Shown piece by piece: positions 37,957 to 52,806 of a DNA stretch of 64,000 nucleotides. The first letter of the stretch is position 1. Each line of letters opens with the position of its first letter. Both the position numbers and the translations under genes were made by a program. This stretch comes from Dictyostelium discoideum (taxonomy: Eukaryota): the NCBI GenBank assembly GCA_000004695.1, contig CM000153.2:4576001-4640000 (forward strand), read 5' to 3'. The notes under the pieces were generated by a model that was not told the DNA's origin, ran no database searches, and saw only the letters and a list, made by a program, of their open reading frames with translations.

Positions 37957-39491
37957 TTCAACAATCACCATCAATTTCATCAATTAATATATCACAACAA
38001 CAATCACAAACATCACCTGTAATAATACCTCAATCAATGACATCATCTATTTTCGATGGTTTAACAAAAGTTTTTAATACTGTCAGTTCTGTAGTTGAAC
38101 CAAAATTAGACCAATTATTGGATTCATCTTTATTGGGTGGTAGTGGTGGTAATGGTAATAACAACAATAAACAACATGAACAATTACAAAAAGAGAAACA
38201 ACAAGAAAAACAAATTTTAACAAGTTTAGAAAAGATTGAACAACAACAGCAACAAATTAATAAGATACCAATTGAAGAATTAAAATTATCAAATAATCAA
38301 ATTCAAGAGATTTATATTAAACCTTTAAAGAAGTCAATATTTGATATTGCAAATTATTTCGGTCAAAATAGTAATCATACAAAATTGGAACAATATTCAT
38401 TGGGCGATGATGCTATCAATAAAAAGATTGCAATTTTAGTACGTGGTAGATTAGCAACTGCTATCGCAAATTTAGTATCACATGGTTTCATAGTTTCACC
38501 AACTAATATGGTTGGATCAATATTTAGAAATGTAATCAATGGTGCTACTGGTAGTGGTGGTGGTGGTAGTGGTGGTGGTAATAGTCTATCAAGCAGTTTA
38601 GGTAATATAGTTACAGGTAAACGTCATCTTTGGGAATTCATTGAAAATTATAAAAAAACAACACAACATGGTACAATCGCAGGTATAAGTTTGATTCAAA
38701 CCATTAATACAATCAATTCATTTGAAAATATTTCATCCGCTTGGAAAGATCCAAATATTAAATTTAGAACTTTAATTTGTGTTGGTTTAAATCAACATGT
38801 CCTTGATCAATGGTTTGCTTTACTTCAAACTGATACAAATGGTATCTCTCATTATTTCCATCCAAATGCTATCATTAATTCATTGGATCATTGGAGATTG
38901 TTTTGTCAATGTTTTGCTCCAATCTTAAATTTACCATTTAAATTATCTTTAGATTATGAATGTAAATTTATAAATTCTCCAATAATTAATAATGGTATTG
39001 CAAGAAATTCAAATTCTCCATCAATTAATTCTTCAGCATATGGAATAACAACAACACCAACAACAACAACAATAACAAATTCTTCACCATTTTTGTCATC
39101 AATTCCAACACCAAATGTTGGAAATATTAAAAGTCAATTGGCAAGTTTTTCAAATACATTAATAGATGGTACTTCAACTTTATTCACAGAGTTGTCTGAA
39201 AACACTAATAGTTTAACTCAATCAATTCATTCAAAATACTCAAATTTAACAAATTCAATGTTCCAATCTTCAAATGAAAATAATGATACCAGCATCAATA
39301 ATAACAGTAATAATGATAATAATAACGATAATTTATCATCAAGAAAAAGAGTAACTTTCTCTGAGGATGGTGAGATTCAACATGGCCATCAACAACAACA
39401 ACAACAACAAAATGGTAATATGCTTGAAAAAATCCAATCATCAATTAAACCACTTTCTCAAAAGATTGGTGAATATTTTGATGGCTATTAA
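35539..39491 (+). CDS. Exon 2 of the large protein: PH-like N-terminus, a KEKE/EKQKE charged repeat (coiled-coil-like), polyN tracts, and a conserved C-terminal globular region (possibly a RUN-type domain)
   Basis: After the TATAATAG acceptor the join gives ...SWYE-K-RDDESATSFLMVHQITSIEPC...KYFVKVFLNEREK...ILFIFSYSKERDAFIESLKKC (PH-like topology). The (EKQKEIEKQKE)n repeat at 36120-36570 is nearly periodic. C-terminal block: IAILVRGRLATAIANLVSHGF...KRHLWEFIENYKK...FRTLICVGLNQHVLDQWFALLQ. The domain assignment is tentative. Confidence 0.55.
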
Positions 39492-39802
39492 GTAATAGAA
39501 AAATAATAAATTGTTACTTTTTTTTTTTTAAAATAAATATTTTTAATTTTGGTATCAAGCCAAAAACCATTCTATTTTTTTTTTTTGGGTGTTTACTTTC
39601 AACAAAAATATCTTGTTAATACTAATATTTTATTTATTTATAGTTATGTTTAAAACAAAACTACAATTTAAAATAATTATTAAATAATTAATAAGTATTA
39701 AATTGTTTAATTAATAGTTTATTTATTTAAATACTACTTTATTAATAACTTTATTAATTTTATTAAATTTTTTAAACTCATAAAAATAATTTTATTAAAC
39801 AC

Positions 39803-39925
<123 letters not shown>

Positions 39926-40197
39926 GTCCTTGACACAAACATTTTTTAATTTATATATTTTATTTAATTCACATAAACTTTTTTTTTTGTTTTTATGAAA
40001 TTTTTATTTATTATTTTCAAATTATCCGTTCATTTCATTTGATTTCATTTGATTTCATTTGATTTGATGAAATGAACAGATAACTTTAAAAAAATATTTT
40101 ATTTGAAAACACCATTATTATTCTTATATTCTTTATTAAATTCTCCAAGAAAAAAAAAAAAAAAAAAAAAAAATTAAATATGGTAAAATTAAAAAAT

Positions 40198-43100
40198 TTA
40201 TTTTTTAATTTTTAAAATTTGTTCTTTAATAATTAAATAAAGTTGAGATAATTGATCAGGATCTGTGATATGAATACAATGTTGAGATCTATAATCTACA
40301 GATTTAATTCTTTGAAGATGTTCAAAGTGTAATAGTAAACCGTCTGGAGTGATTTCACAAGATTTAATATTCTCAAAAGTTGAAGACCATCTGAATGAGT
40401 AGCTATTCTTTATTTGTTTAACAAGGAGAATACGAAGATTTGTTATTAAAGTGATATAATTCTTTACGCCACCATTATTGAAATGAATGATATAGGTATC
40501 GGAATTTTTGAATCTACCCTTGAAAGTTGTTTCCAAAATGTAGTGACCCTCTGATTGTTCGAAATTATATTCAACCAAAAGATTATCGGTACCAAAACAA
40601 CGTGGTGGTCTCATTCTAGTTGTGTCTTTAAAGAGATTAGTTGTATTTCTTATTCCTTCGGTGGTCATTGTAACCAAATCGAATACACCGACTACGGGTT
40701 TGACAGCAACACCAACCACACCCTGCGCCATACCTTTGGCGAAACCTTCAATACTACCTTTGATAGCACCTTCGATTGGTTTGGTTACAACGCCAGTGAC
40801 ACCATCGATTACACCTTTACCAAGACTTTTGAAACCATAGACCACACCTTCACCTAAATGTTTTGCTTTCTTTTGACGTGATCTTTGACGATTTCTAAGG
40901 TATTGATCATCGAATGATAATATTGCAACACCTTTACCAACGGTGTTTGATAGTTTCGATAGAGTATTAAATAAACCATAAACTGAATTTTTCACTAAAC
41001 TAATACTACCTTTTGCTAAACCTTTGCCAAAATCTTTTGGAGAAGTTATTAAACCTAATGCAGGTTCATAAAAGAAATCTTTTACACCAGTACCAATATG
41101 ATTGAATAAACCAACTGGGTTACCAATATTATCTGATGAACCTATCACCTTGTATAATTGATTCAATGATTGCATAGTATAATGTGATTTAATTCTACTT
41201 GCAAATAAACGTTCCGATAAGAATGGATGCTCCAATATCAATGCATTCAAACATAATGGTGTTCTATCTAAACCAAATGAAACACCAACAACTTCTAATA
41301 AAATACCAACGAAATCTGAATTTGAATGACCAACAAATCCATCTCTAACAAATGAAAATGATAATATAACTTTAATTGGATTTAATAATAATAATTTAAT
41401 ATAAATCATTGATTTCTTTTTCTTTTTCTTTGTTAAATTATTATTATTATTATTATTATTTGATGAAATTGCTGAATTTGAAGTTGGTAATAATAATGGA
41501 TCACTTGAAATTGGTTCAATATCATTTAAAAGTTGAATTTTTGATTTTTCATCATTTAATATAAATGGTGAATTAATTGGATTATTTTGAATTTCATTAT
41601 TTTGTTGTTGTGGTTGTTGTTGTTGTGGATTTTGTTGTAATTGTTGATTTTTTTTATGTTTTTTAAAGTTTTTATCTAATTGTTTAATTTTTGTAATTGT
41701 TTCAATGATTGATGCTAAAATACTATCATCCAACATTAAATTAACCTCTTGAATTAATAATGATAAAAGTTCAAAATATTTTAAACCTTTCTTTTCTTCA
41801 TTTTTAATAAAACTAAAATGTAAGAATGGTTTTGGATCTTGTTCTTCATTGTTACTATTATTTGTATGATAAAAGAGGACAGGATAATCAGTATTCATCA
41901 ATTGATTATCAATTTGCATATTGGTTACAATCAATTCAAATCTTGAGAAAATGTTTGATAATGAGAATGATAATGATATATCATTCAATGATAGATAAAT
42001 CAATTCTTTACTATTATGGTCAATTAAGGATACACCAATTCTTGGTAATGATAATTGTAAATCCAATTTACAATTTTCAACAGTTTGTGATAACTCTGAT
42101 GATGAATCATCCTTTGGTTGATCATAAGATAATACCAATACACGTGTTGGTCCATCAACTTTCATAAATGAATAAATTGTATTGGTACCTATTTTAATTG
42201 GTTTAAAATTTTTAATTTTCATAATATTACAATCTAATATTACACTTGATGAAGAGTATGATGATTCAAATGTTGAATGATTTTCAATATATTGATTATT
42301 ATTATTATTATTATCATTATTTATATCATTAGTTGAATTTGTTGTTGTTGTGGTTGTGGTGGTTGTTGTTGAAGAAATTTCAAGACGTAAAATTTTTGTA
42401 CCTAGTAATTCATCCCAAATATAATCAATTGATTGATATGGTGGTAAAATATCAATGATTGAAGTACCAATTTGATAGAATTTAATTGAACGTGGAATTT
42501 GATTTTCAATTCTAAATGGTGAATATTCTGTATCTTGATCATAGAAATGAATACTTGTATGAGTATCATTATCTTTAATATCGACTCTACCAAGATATGG
42601 TTTTGGAACTTCCATTAGGTTTAAGGATCTTTGTTTCACAGTTAACTCTGCTAAATCGTCAATTGTAAAACTACCACTCCAATCATAGTAATCATCATCA
42701 AATTTAATTTGAATTAATTTTTCACCATGTCTATTTGGCCAATGGAATGGTTTTGATTCACCTGGTTCAATTGATTCAATTCTATAGGATTGTCCAATTT
42801 GTCTATATAACATTCTTCTTGAACTTTTATTTATGAAAATATATTGGAAATTAATTGTTACCATCTTTGTACGTTGTAATTTATTTTTACCCATACTAAT
42901 TGATGCTCTAAAATTATATTCTCTATTATCACTATTTGATTTTAATTTACTTAAATTTATTGATGATGATGATGATGGTGGTGATAATGAGTTACTAGTA
43001 TTGTTATTACTATTTCCATTATTTATATTATCATTACTACTATTATTAAAAGTAGATGAATAAAATGGGTCTTGATGATGATTTGTAGAATTATTTGAAT

Positions 43101-46100
43101 TCGTATTTGAAAAACAATGAATTATACCATCAGTACCAACAGTTTCTAAAGAGAAAACATTTGACCAATCAGAATTTGGTACTTTAATATAGAGTAAGTC
43201 ACTACTATATAGAATCATTGTATCAATGGTACAATGATTATGTCTATGTTGTTGTTGTTGTTTTTTACTCTTTCTACCTTGTTCAATTTTTAAGGAATTC
43301 TTTGATTTTGCAATCATTTGTGGTATTTTAGATTCCTTATCAGCGAATAACATTGGAATGAAATTTGGTTTCTCAAAAATCATTGGTAAACCAGTTTTAT
43401 TAATGATCCAGTAGACAGAGTATAATGCTAATTTTCTTACACCTTCGACTTGATCTTCACGATTTGATATCATAATATTCAATGGTTTCAAAATTTTATT
43501 TGGATCTTCTAATTTAATTTTACTCTTTATAATTGGTTTGTTGCCATTGGAACCATTGTTTCTATCACAATCAACAATTAGATGTTTTTGATCAACGAAT
43601 CCTGGTATACCAGAGATCTTTACATAGAGTGAACTTCTTGGATCTTGTGTATAGAATGGCACTGATTGACATGATTCCAATGTACTAGATTCTAATGGTA
43701 TATCACCTTCATATAATGTTAATTCAATCTTGCATGGTAATAAATTTTCAATTACTAATGGTGATAAAATTTTAATAATATTTTGTGAATAAATATTATT
43801 AAATGAACTCATTGTTGAATTAATTGTTGTTCTTTTTGTTGTAGTAGAAGTTGTTGTTGTTGCTGGTGGTGGTGATGATGATGATGATGTTTGAGGTGAA
43901 GTTGGTAGTTTTGAAATTGTTGATCTTAATAATTTTGATTTATCATTTCTTAAATTAATTTCATTTGGTAATAAATTTGCTAAAGTTTGTTCTGTATTAA
44001 TTTCATCATTTACACTACTATTATCAGTTGAATTTATAACACATTTTTCATAATTACTATTTAATAAGATTAATTTAACATTATTATAAGTTGGTGGTGT
44101 TATATTATTATTATTACCATTACTATTATTATTATTTTTCATATGAATTTGAGGTGATTTTGGTATAATTTTTGGACAAGTTAAAATTTTATAAAGTGAA
44201 TGAATATCATTATCATCTAATGCAATTAAATCATTAAATGGATTTGAATGTTTAAATTCTTCACCAGAATCACCAATTGGCAAAATCGATAAATATTTAC
44301 CACTATTGATATATTGAAGTGGTACTGGTAATTCTTCATTTGGGAATAGAATCTTTTTAATTTCTTTTGGAGTATTATTGTTATTTGACGATAAACTACC
44401 ACCATTACTTGTATTAATTTGATTATTTATAAGTTTAACTTCTAAATTCATTGTTGTAGTATTCTTTAAAAGTACATTTGATCTAACTGTAATAACTTTA
44501 CTACCATCTTCATTCCAACCAACTTCAAATATTAATTTTTTACCACCAACTTGAATTAATCTATATCCAACTCTACCAATTGGTATTGGATTTGATGAAG
44601 ATGATGATGGTGAGGAAGAAGAAGATGGTGATGGTGATGATGAATTATAACCACTACTATTACTATTAACTACACTATTATTAACGAAATTTTTAACATT
44701 CTTATTATGATTTGATAATTTAATAGTAATATGAGGTCCTTGATCTAATGATTCATCTTTAAATCCACGGAAATCACGAGTTTTCTTTGCTGTTAATAAT
44801 GATTTTGAATTTTCAATTGAAATTGGTTGTTTTTGTTCATTCTCTAAAAAGAAGCTAGCATGGGTATATTGAGATGATGACGATGACGATGATGATGGTT
44901 GTGAAGATAATGTTGGTGATGTTGATGTAGAGGTTGATTTCTTTTTACCTTTTTGTTCTCCTGATAAAACTCTAACAGTATATTCTAAATTTACACCAGT
45001 TTTATTAATAATCCAATATGGGTGGAAAGAAGATGTTAATTTTCTAATTGAAATAGTTTGTAATAATGGTGAACTTCTGACAGTTGCTGGCAATGGTTGA
45101 ATTATTGGTCTTAATAATGTTGAGTTATTAAAAAGTTGTTGTTGTTGTTGTTGTTGTTTTAATTGTTGTTGTGATAATAATGGAGATGTATTAAAACCTA
45201 ATCTATTACTTGTTAAATTTGGTGATGTAACTAATGTTGAAACTGAACCTAATGGATTTTGACTTAAACTACCTGATCTAATTCTATTTGTACTTGAAAT
45301 TGGTAAAATAATATCAGGTGATAATCCACCGCCATTATTATTATTACTATTATTATAACCACTACCATTTGGATTATTACTAGTACTAACAGCTAAATTT
45401 AAAGAATCAATAGTTGATGATCTTATTAATGGACTACTACTATTTGATTTTTTAAATCCACCACTACCACCACCACCAACTAAATTTGTTGATATAGTTG
45501 GTGGTGAGAAAACTCTTGTTGGTTGTTGAGTTGATGACAGGGATGGTGATGATGATAATTGAAAAGTTGAGAATTCAGGTTTAGTTTTAAATAAACCCAT
45601 TATAATTGGTAAAGTTGTAGATAAATCATATTGAATACTATGATAAGTTGATAAAAGTGAATGAGCGAAACCATAACTTGCATTAATATTCAAGAATTGA
45701 TTTGAAGATAATTGAATTGAAGTTGCAGGTTTATTTGGACTATTTTGATTATTTAATTTTATCATTTGTAATTGTATATCCCAATTTTCAATCAATGGTT
45801 CAAATGCCATCTTATTGATATTGAAATAGTCCATTACAATCTTTGAATCCACGGTAACTTTAATCTCATCACCAATCGTACCTTGAATTAATAAATCCAA
45901 TCTATAGAAACTTAAATCAATCAATGGTAAATTTTGATCCATATAATCATTAACCAATGTTAATCCAAATTGTGGTGAATTAAATTTAACTGTTAAAACA
46001 TTATTTATCATTTTTTCATTTTTTAATTTCTTTTGAGTTAAAGTAGTTGTAGTTGTCGTTGATTTCTTTGAAGATTTTGATAATTTTGGAAATTCTTTTT

Positions 46101-47179
46101 TTAATTGGCCAATGATTAAAGCAATTAATAAAATATCATGATAGGAAAGGAATAAATTAAATTGATCAATATTTGCGTTTACATCAATTAAAAGATTTGA
46201 TTTTTCAATTGATGGACAAGTTGATTTAATCAATAATAAATTACAACCAAAATCAAATGTAACTGGATCAATTAAAGAGGCAGCACGTGAACTTGAAACA
46301 TTTGCAATTGAATGTCTAAATGAAAACATTTGAAAGTTTTTAATCGATCCACCAATAATTCTACTTGAGCCATTCATTGTTTCATCAAATGATGCATCAA
46401 TTGACATTTTAACAATTACTAAATTACTAACTTCTGAATTTGGATTCTCTACTAATAATATCTTCAATTTTTTAATATTTGTTTTTAAACTTATAATTTT
46501 CTTTTTCTTTGTTGATATACTATCTTTTTCTTCTTCCTCCTGGTTATTATTATTATTACTATTTGTATTATTATAATTATTATTGTTATTATTATTATTA
46601 TTATTTGTTTTACTAAATAATTGTTTAATTTCTAATTTAACTTTTGAATAAGGTTCTAAAAAGAAACCAACCATCATGAAAACTATAGTTGGTGAAATGT
46701 GAAGACGTGGTTTTTCAATTTTAACATCTAATGTTAATTTGTTTAATTGTTTATCGATATCAATAGAAGCTGTTATTAATGGTTCTTCTTGGTTGCTGCT
46801 GTTATTAAAACTACCACTAATGTTAATATTTGTTAAAGAATCTTTTAGTGGACCTTGGAATGTTGTAATATTTTTACTACAAAATAAATCAATAAACTTT
46901 GAACCACTATCAACTCTTGAATCTGATAATCTAATTGATCTAAGGAAACATTTAATTGATGTTGATTTATTACCAATGGAAATTATATTTGCACCTAAAT
47001 CATTTATTTGTAAAGTTGCTAATTGATCTCTAACTTTATCCATACCATGATTTAATAACATTAAAAATCTTAATTCTGATAATTGTACTGTTATTTCTGT
47101 TTTTATATCAATTTCTTTACCATTTTCATCAATTAAAATTTGTTTTTTCTTTTTCTTTGAACTATTATTAATAATATTT

Positions 47180-47255
<76 letters not shown>

Positions 47256-47976
47256 AATTCTTTTTTAATAATAAAATTGGTTCTAAAGAATTTTTATAAC
47301 AATTCATATAATTAATTAAAATATTTAATAATAATTGATAACCTTGGTGACTAATATTAAAACTAACAGATTTACAATGAATATTAACTTTTTGAATTGG
47401 TAATGGAGCATTATTATTATTATAATGATTAGATGTTGAACAAATCTTTGAATATGATTGAAAATCATCTACTATATCAATATTAACAACCAAACTAACA
47501 TCTTCTAATAGATGACATTTATTTCTATATGAATCATCACCACAACCATCTGGTAGATTTTGGTTAAACTCTTCGAAACTACTACCAACATAACTCGATG
47601 ATTGAAATATTTCAACGAATAGATTTGATAATTGAATTTCCATACTTTCATAATTTAAATCTATACCTTTAATAGTTTTAAAGTAAAATAAATTCTCAAT
47701 ATGAATTTTACCTAAATCAATTAAAATCGCATCATCCTCATTTAACATTAAAACGATTTGTGGACTTTCAACATTTATAACTAATTTAACTTTAATTGAT
47801 TTCTTTTCTTGTTGCTGTTCTTTTTTTGATGATTTGGATGATGATGATTTGGATGATGATGATTTGGATGTAGGTGATTTATTACTATTATCATTAATTA
47901 ATGGCATTACAATTGAATTTTGTTTTTTCAATCGTCTATTACTTCCAATTGAGATAGTTGGTATTTTTGCTGTCGA

Positions 47977-48033
<57 letters not shown>

Positions 48034-51000
48034 AGTTGATATAGATGTGTTATCTAAAGAAGATGTTGATAATGATAATGGTGTCATATCACTAATAATT
48101 GATGAATTTGATAAACTATTGATTTCATTATTATTTGGTGTTGATGTAGCTGTTTTATTCTTTTTAAATTCTAAAACTTTTTGAATTACAGGTGTAGCAA
48201 ATTCAAGAATTGATGAAATGAAATTCAATGAAACTGTAATTTGAAATTGTCTAAGAGTTAAATTTAATTCTGAATCGAATGGATGAATATTTTCTTTTGA
48301 TTGAATTGGCATACGTTTAAATAAACTATTCCCACTACCATTACTAGTATTATTATTATTATTACTATTATTACTATTATTATTATCATTATTATTATCA
48401 TTATTATTATTTGATAATGTTGAAAAATTAACTTCTAAAGTATTTATAACAGAATTATCTTTTAATGATAAAATCTGTTCATATTGATTTGGATCTTGAA
48501 TAATTTTATCAATTGGAATTGTAAAAGATAATTGATGTAATTGATTAAAGAATAAATAGATTTTACCAATTGATATTATACTTTGTTTATAACCATCAAA
48601 CCCAATATCAGATTTAAATTTAGTATCTTTAATATAAAATAATGAACCAATCTCTTCAATATAGAATCTAACTGAATCAATTTTTAAATTTAATTTCAAT
48701 TTCATTCTACCATTACTACCACCATAATTCAATTTATTAATTGGTGCTTCTTCTATTGGTAATATCTCCTCCACTTGATTAATTTGTTGATTTGGTAATT
48801 TATTTACTAATCTATTTAAATTTGAATTTGATTGTTGTTGTTGTTGTTGTTGCTGTTGTTGCTGTTGTTGTTGAGAAGATGGAATAAACTTTTTAAATGG
48901 TGAAGTTGTTGATTTTCTTAGTGGTGACATTAATGATAATTTTGGTGATGGTGGCTTACTATTTATAGATTTTTGTAGTTCTTCATCTTGTTGTTGTTCT
49001 TGTTCTTGTTGTTGTTCTTGTTTAATTTTTAAATTTAAAAATTCAGATTTAGTTGAATTAATAATAAGCATTAAATTTGAAACTCTATCCATTAAGAACA
49101 TGATATCATTTTGATTAATTTTAAAAACCACATCACATAAATTAACATCCAATACTAATCTTGGTGGTGGTAATACACCAATACCATTTTGATTATCTTT
49201 CCAAACTAGAATACTTGTCATTTCAACATTTAATCTTAAATTATTTAAAACTAAATTCTCTTTAAATCTATTATTGTTGAATTGAATAGTTTTTAAATTT
49301 ACATTTGATAAATTAAAATGAAATAATGATAAAGTTTGATTTGAAATGAATTCATTATTAATTTTTAATAAACCTAAATCAATAATAAATTGATTCCTAG
49401 ATAATTGATTCTCTGGTATAATTAAAAGTGGTGCTTCCATTCTTGCATTAATTTTAATACCTTTTTTCTTTTTATATTTTTCCATATTACTACCATCATT
49501 AATAGTAGTTGTTGTAGTTAATTCTTTATTAGTTTTCTTTTGCTGTTTAATTAAACCAGGTATAAATTGGAATAAATCTAAAATGAAATCTTTTAAAACA
49601 TTTAAAAAGTTTGGTAAAAGTGAAATTTGAAATCTATTTATATCAGCATCTAATAATACTAATGGCAATGCAATTTTACTAATACGTTCATATTTAAAAG
49701 TTAAAAGTAAATTTGAATCATCATAATTTGATAAAACTTTGTTATATAAATTGGTATTGAAATCATTTACAAGGTCATATAATTCAAATCCGTCTACAAA
49801 GAAATCTAAAATTAATCTGTTTGGTAATTTAGTGATTTCAAGATCAACTTCTTTCATATCGAATCTACTAATTATTTCTTCTTTATATTGTTGATTGTTT
49901 TGTTGAGTAGCCACAGTATTTGTTGTAGTATTAATTAATTTTGGTAACATTAATATTGATTTTATACCTTTAACAGAAATATAAATTAAAACTTTATTCA
50001 CAGTGAATCTCGATGGTGGTCTTCTCATTCTTTGTTCTTCTAATTGACGTTGAACTGATTGAGTTACCTTTCTATTCACAACGACAATCATTTGAATGAT
50101 TTCAATTATATTACCAGTAATTTGCGGTATTAAATTACAATAAGATGTTGATAAATTAATTTTAATATCTGATAATTTTTCATATGTTGGTACAAGTTGT
50201 TTATTATGAAAAATTGTACCATAAATAATTGGTTTCTTTTCTTGTTCTTCTTCTTCTTGTTCATCATCTTCAGTATTACCTTCGTTTTGTTCATTTTCTT
50301 CTTTTCTCTTATTTTTAAAATATTTTGGAGATTTAAATTTATTAAAATTTGAAGAGATGACAATATCATCATCAGTATATGATGGATGACCATTTGTACC
50401 TCCTCTTTGATTTTCATTTGTACATTTATAAATATTACAATCATTGAATGCATAATCACCAATTACAGTTGTATCTCTTTGATTACTTTTCTCAACTTTT
50501 AAATTACTAACCAATTGATCCGATTTAATATGAAGTATTGGTTCTACATCAATAGTTGATAAATTAAATAAATTTGTAACAATTATATTTATATCATCAA
50601 ATACAACATGACTTGAAAATACAATTTCACGTTTTCTTATAATTTCATTTTCTTTTCCTATTCCTATTCCTGTTGATTCTGTTAAATTATTAACCATTGT
50701 AGATAAATTTGAATTTGATGTTGATAGCCATTGTCTTTTAGATTTTGATGGTGAATCTGTATTATTATTATTACTACTATTACCATTTTCAATATCTATA
50801 TGATTATTTTGTAAAGTTGATGGTTTATTATTTAAAGAATTAAAAGTTGGTGAAGTTGTTGAATTTGATCTAATTTTAAATTGAAATGATGAAATGAAAG
50901 CTTCTTCAACTCTTTGAATTTCAGACATTAATTGAAATACGAATAAACGAATTTGATAAAATGAAAATGGTGAGAAATAAAATCTAACAAATGGAAAATT

Positions 51001-52716
51001 AACATTCATTATAACTTTTGGATTTTCATAATCTGGTTGATCAGATTTTCTCTTTTTCATATGTACAATTAATGAAGTTTCAAATAGTATTTTATCCATT
51101 TCAGTACGTTGATTACAATAAGTTTCAATTTTATTATCCTCTTTAAATGATGGATGATGTTTTCCAAACTTCAATGTTGTTGTTGAACCAGTAAGTGTTG
51201 GTGGTTTAGTTAAAATTGATTTAATATTCATTGTTGAAATTTGAAAATTTTGATATTCAACATTTGATGATGATGATGGTATTGGTAAACTTGGTGAGAA
51301 ATTACCATCATTAACACCAATTGGTGAAGATGGTAACATTTCTAATGAAATTTTACCAAGATCTAAAATTGCAACTGTATTCTCTGAAAATGAAATACCT
51401 TGTTGTTTCTTTGGTTTATTTGTTGTTGATGTTTCTTCAGTTGGTTTTGGAGGTGGTGGTTGTGATGACGATGATGATGATGATGATTGATTATTATAAT
51501 TTTCAGCAGATGAAATTGGTATGATTACAGTTGGTGATTGAGCTATAATTGATAAAGTTACTTTATTTCTTGAGAGTGGCCTTTTTTTACCAGAACTAAA
51601 ACCTGATAAATCTATAGTATGATTTGGTGTGATTAATTGTAAATACCTTAAAATTGCTGCACTATTTAAAACGAAAAACATTGGTTTAACATCAATTAAA
51701 ATTGTAATATTCTTTGGTGTTGATTGAGGTTTCTTTTTACTACCACTACCATTACCATTGGTTGTAATAATTGTTTGTAATGGTGATGTTGTACCACTAC
51801 CACCTCCACCAACACCAACACCAACACCACTACTACTATCTAAAATTGGACTCATTTTCATTTGAAATGATAACCAATTTTCAGAGATTGTTGAAGATGA
51901 AATCATATCGGGGAATTGTTCATTTTGAACCCAAAGACCTGATAATTTAATTGATTTAATTAAAGAATCTAAATTCATTACATCTGCTTTCTTATATAAT
52001 GAAAATGATATATTACTAATATCACCATAAATTAATGTTGCTTGCTTATTTAATTCTTTCTCTGGTTCATCACTTAATAATTTAACATGAATAGTTTTGA
52101 TTTGAAAATTCATTATTAATTCTTTTTCAATTCTCTTTGGTTGTATAGGTTTAGAAATTAACATTGGTGATAATGAATTATTTGATGGTGATGTCGCTAA
52201 TATATTTGGTGACGATGATGAATTATTATTACTATTATTGGTGGTGGTTGAATTTGATGTTGGTGATACATAACCAATTGTATCATAAAATTGTTGTTTT
52301 AATAACTCTTTTGAAGGTTTTTCTAATGATTGTAATGAATCTGATGAATCGGATTTCGTTATTAATTGTTGTGGTTCAACTTCAAATTCTATACCTTTAA
52401 TTTTATTCTTTTTAGAGTCTTTTGATTTACTCTTTCCTTTTTCTTCTTTTTTCTTTTTCTTTTCCTCTAATTTTAATTTTTCTTTTTCTTTTTTCTTTTC
52501 TTTTTCTTTTTCCTTTTCTTTATCCTTCTCTTTCTCTTTATTTTTATCTTTAGTTGGTGTATTATTACTACTATTACTACTACCAATGCTACTGCTACTA
52601 CTATTAATATCATCTTTTTTATCATCTTTTTTATCATCTTTTTTATTAAGTTTTATAGTTGCATTCTTTTTTAAAATACTTTCAAATGCACTTTTATTAT
52701 TTTGAGTTTTTTCTTC
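40198..52716 (-). CDS. VPS13-family bridge-like lipid-transfer protein, exon 2 (about 4,172 codons, to the stop)
   Basis: The frame is continuous from the TTTTAG acceptor at 52717-52722 to the stop at 40198. The C-terminal third carries the conserved VPS13 C-terminal region (SHR/ATG2-C-like block): ...ILLEVVGVSFGLDRTPLCLNALILEHPFLSERLFASRIKSHYTMQSLNQLYKVIGSSDNIGNPVGLFNHIGTGVKDFFYEPALGLI. Long repeating-beta-groove body with many low-complexity inserts. The N-terminal exon provides the chorein-N domain. Confidence 0.85.
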
Positions 52717-52806
52717 CTAAAATTATTTAAAGGAATTAGTATACAGATAAAATGAATAAATTTTAAGTTTTAAAAAAATATATATATTAAATAAGTAAAT
52801 ATTTAC

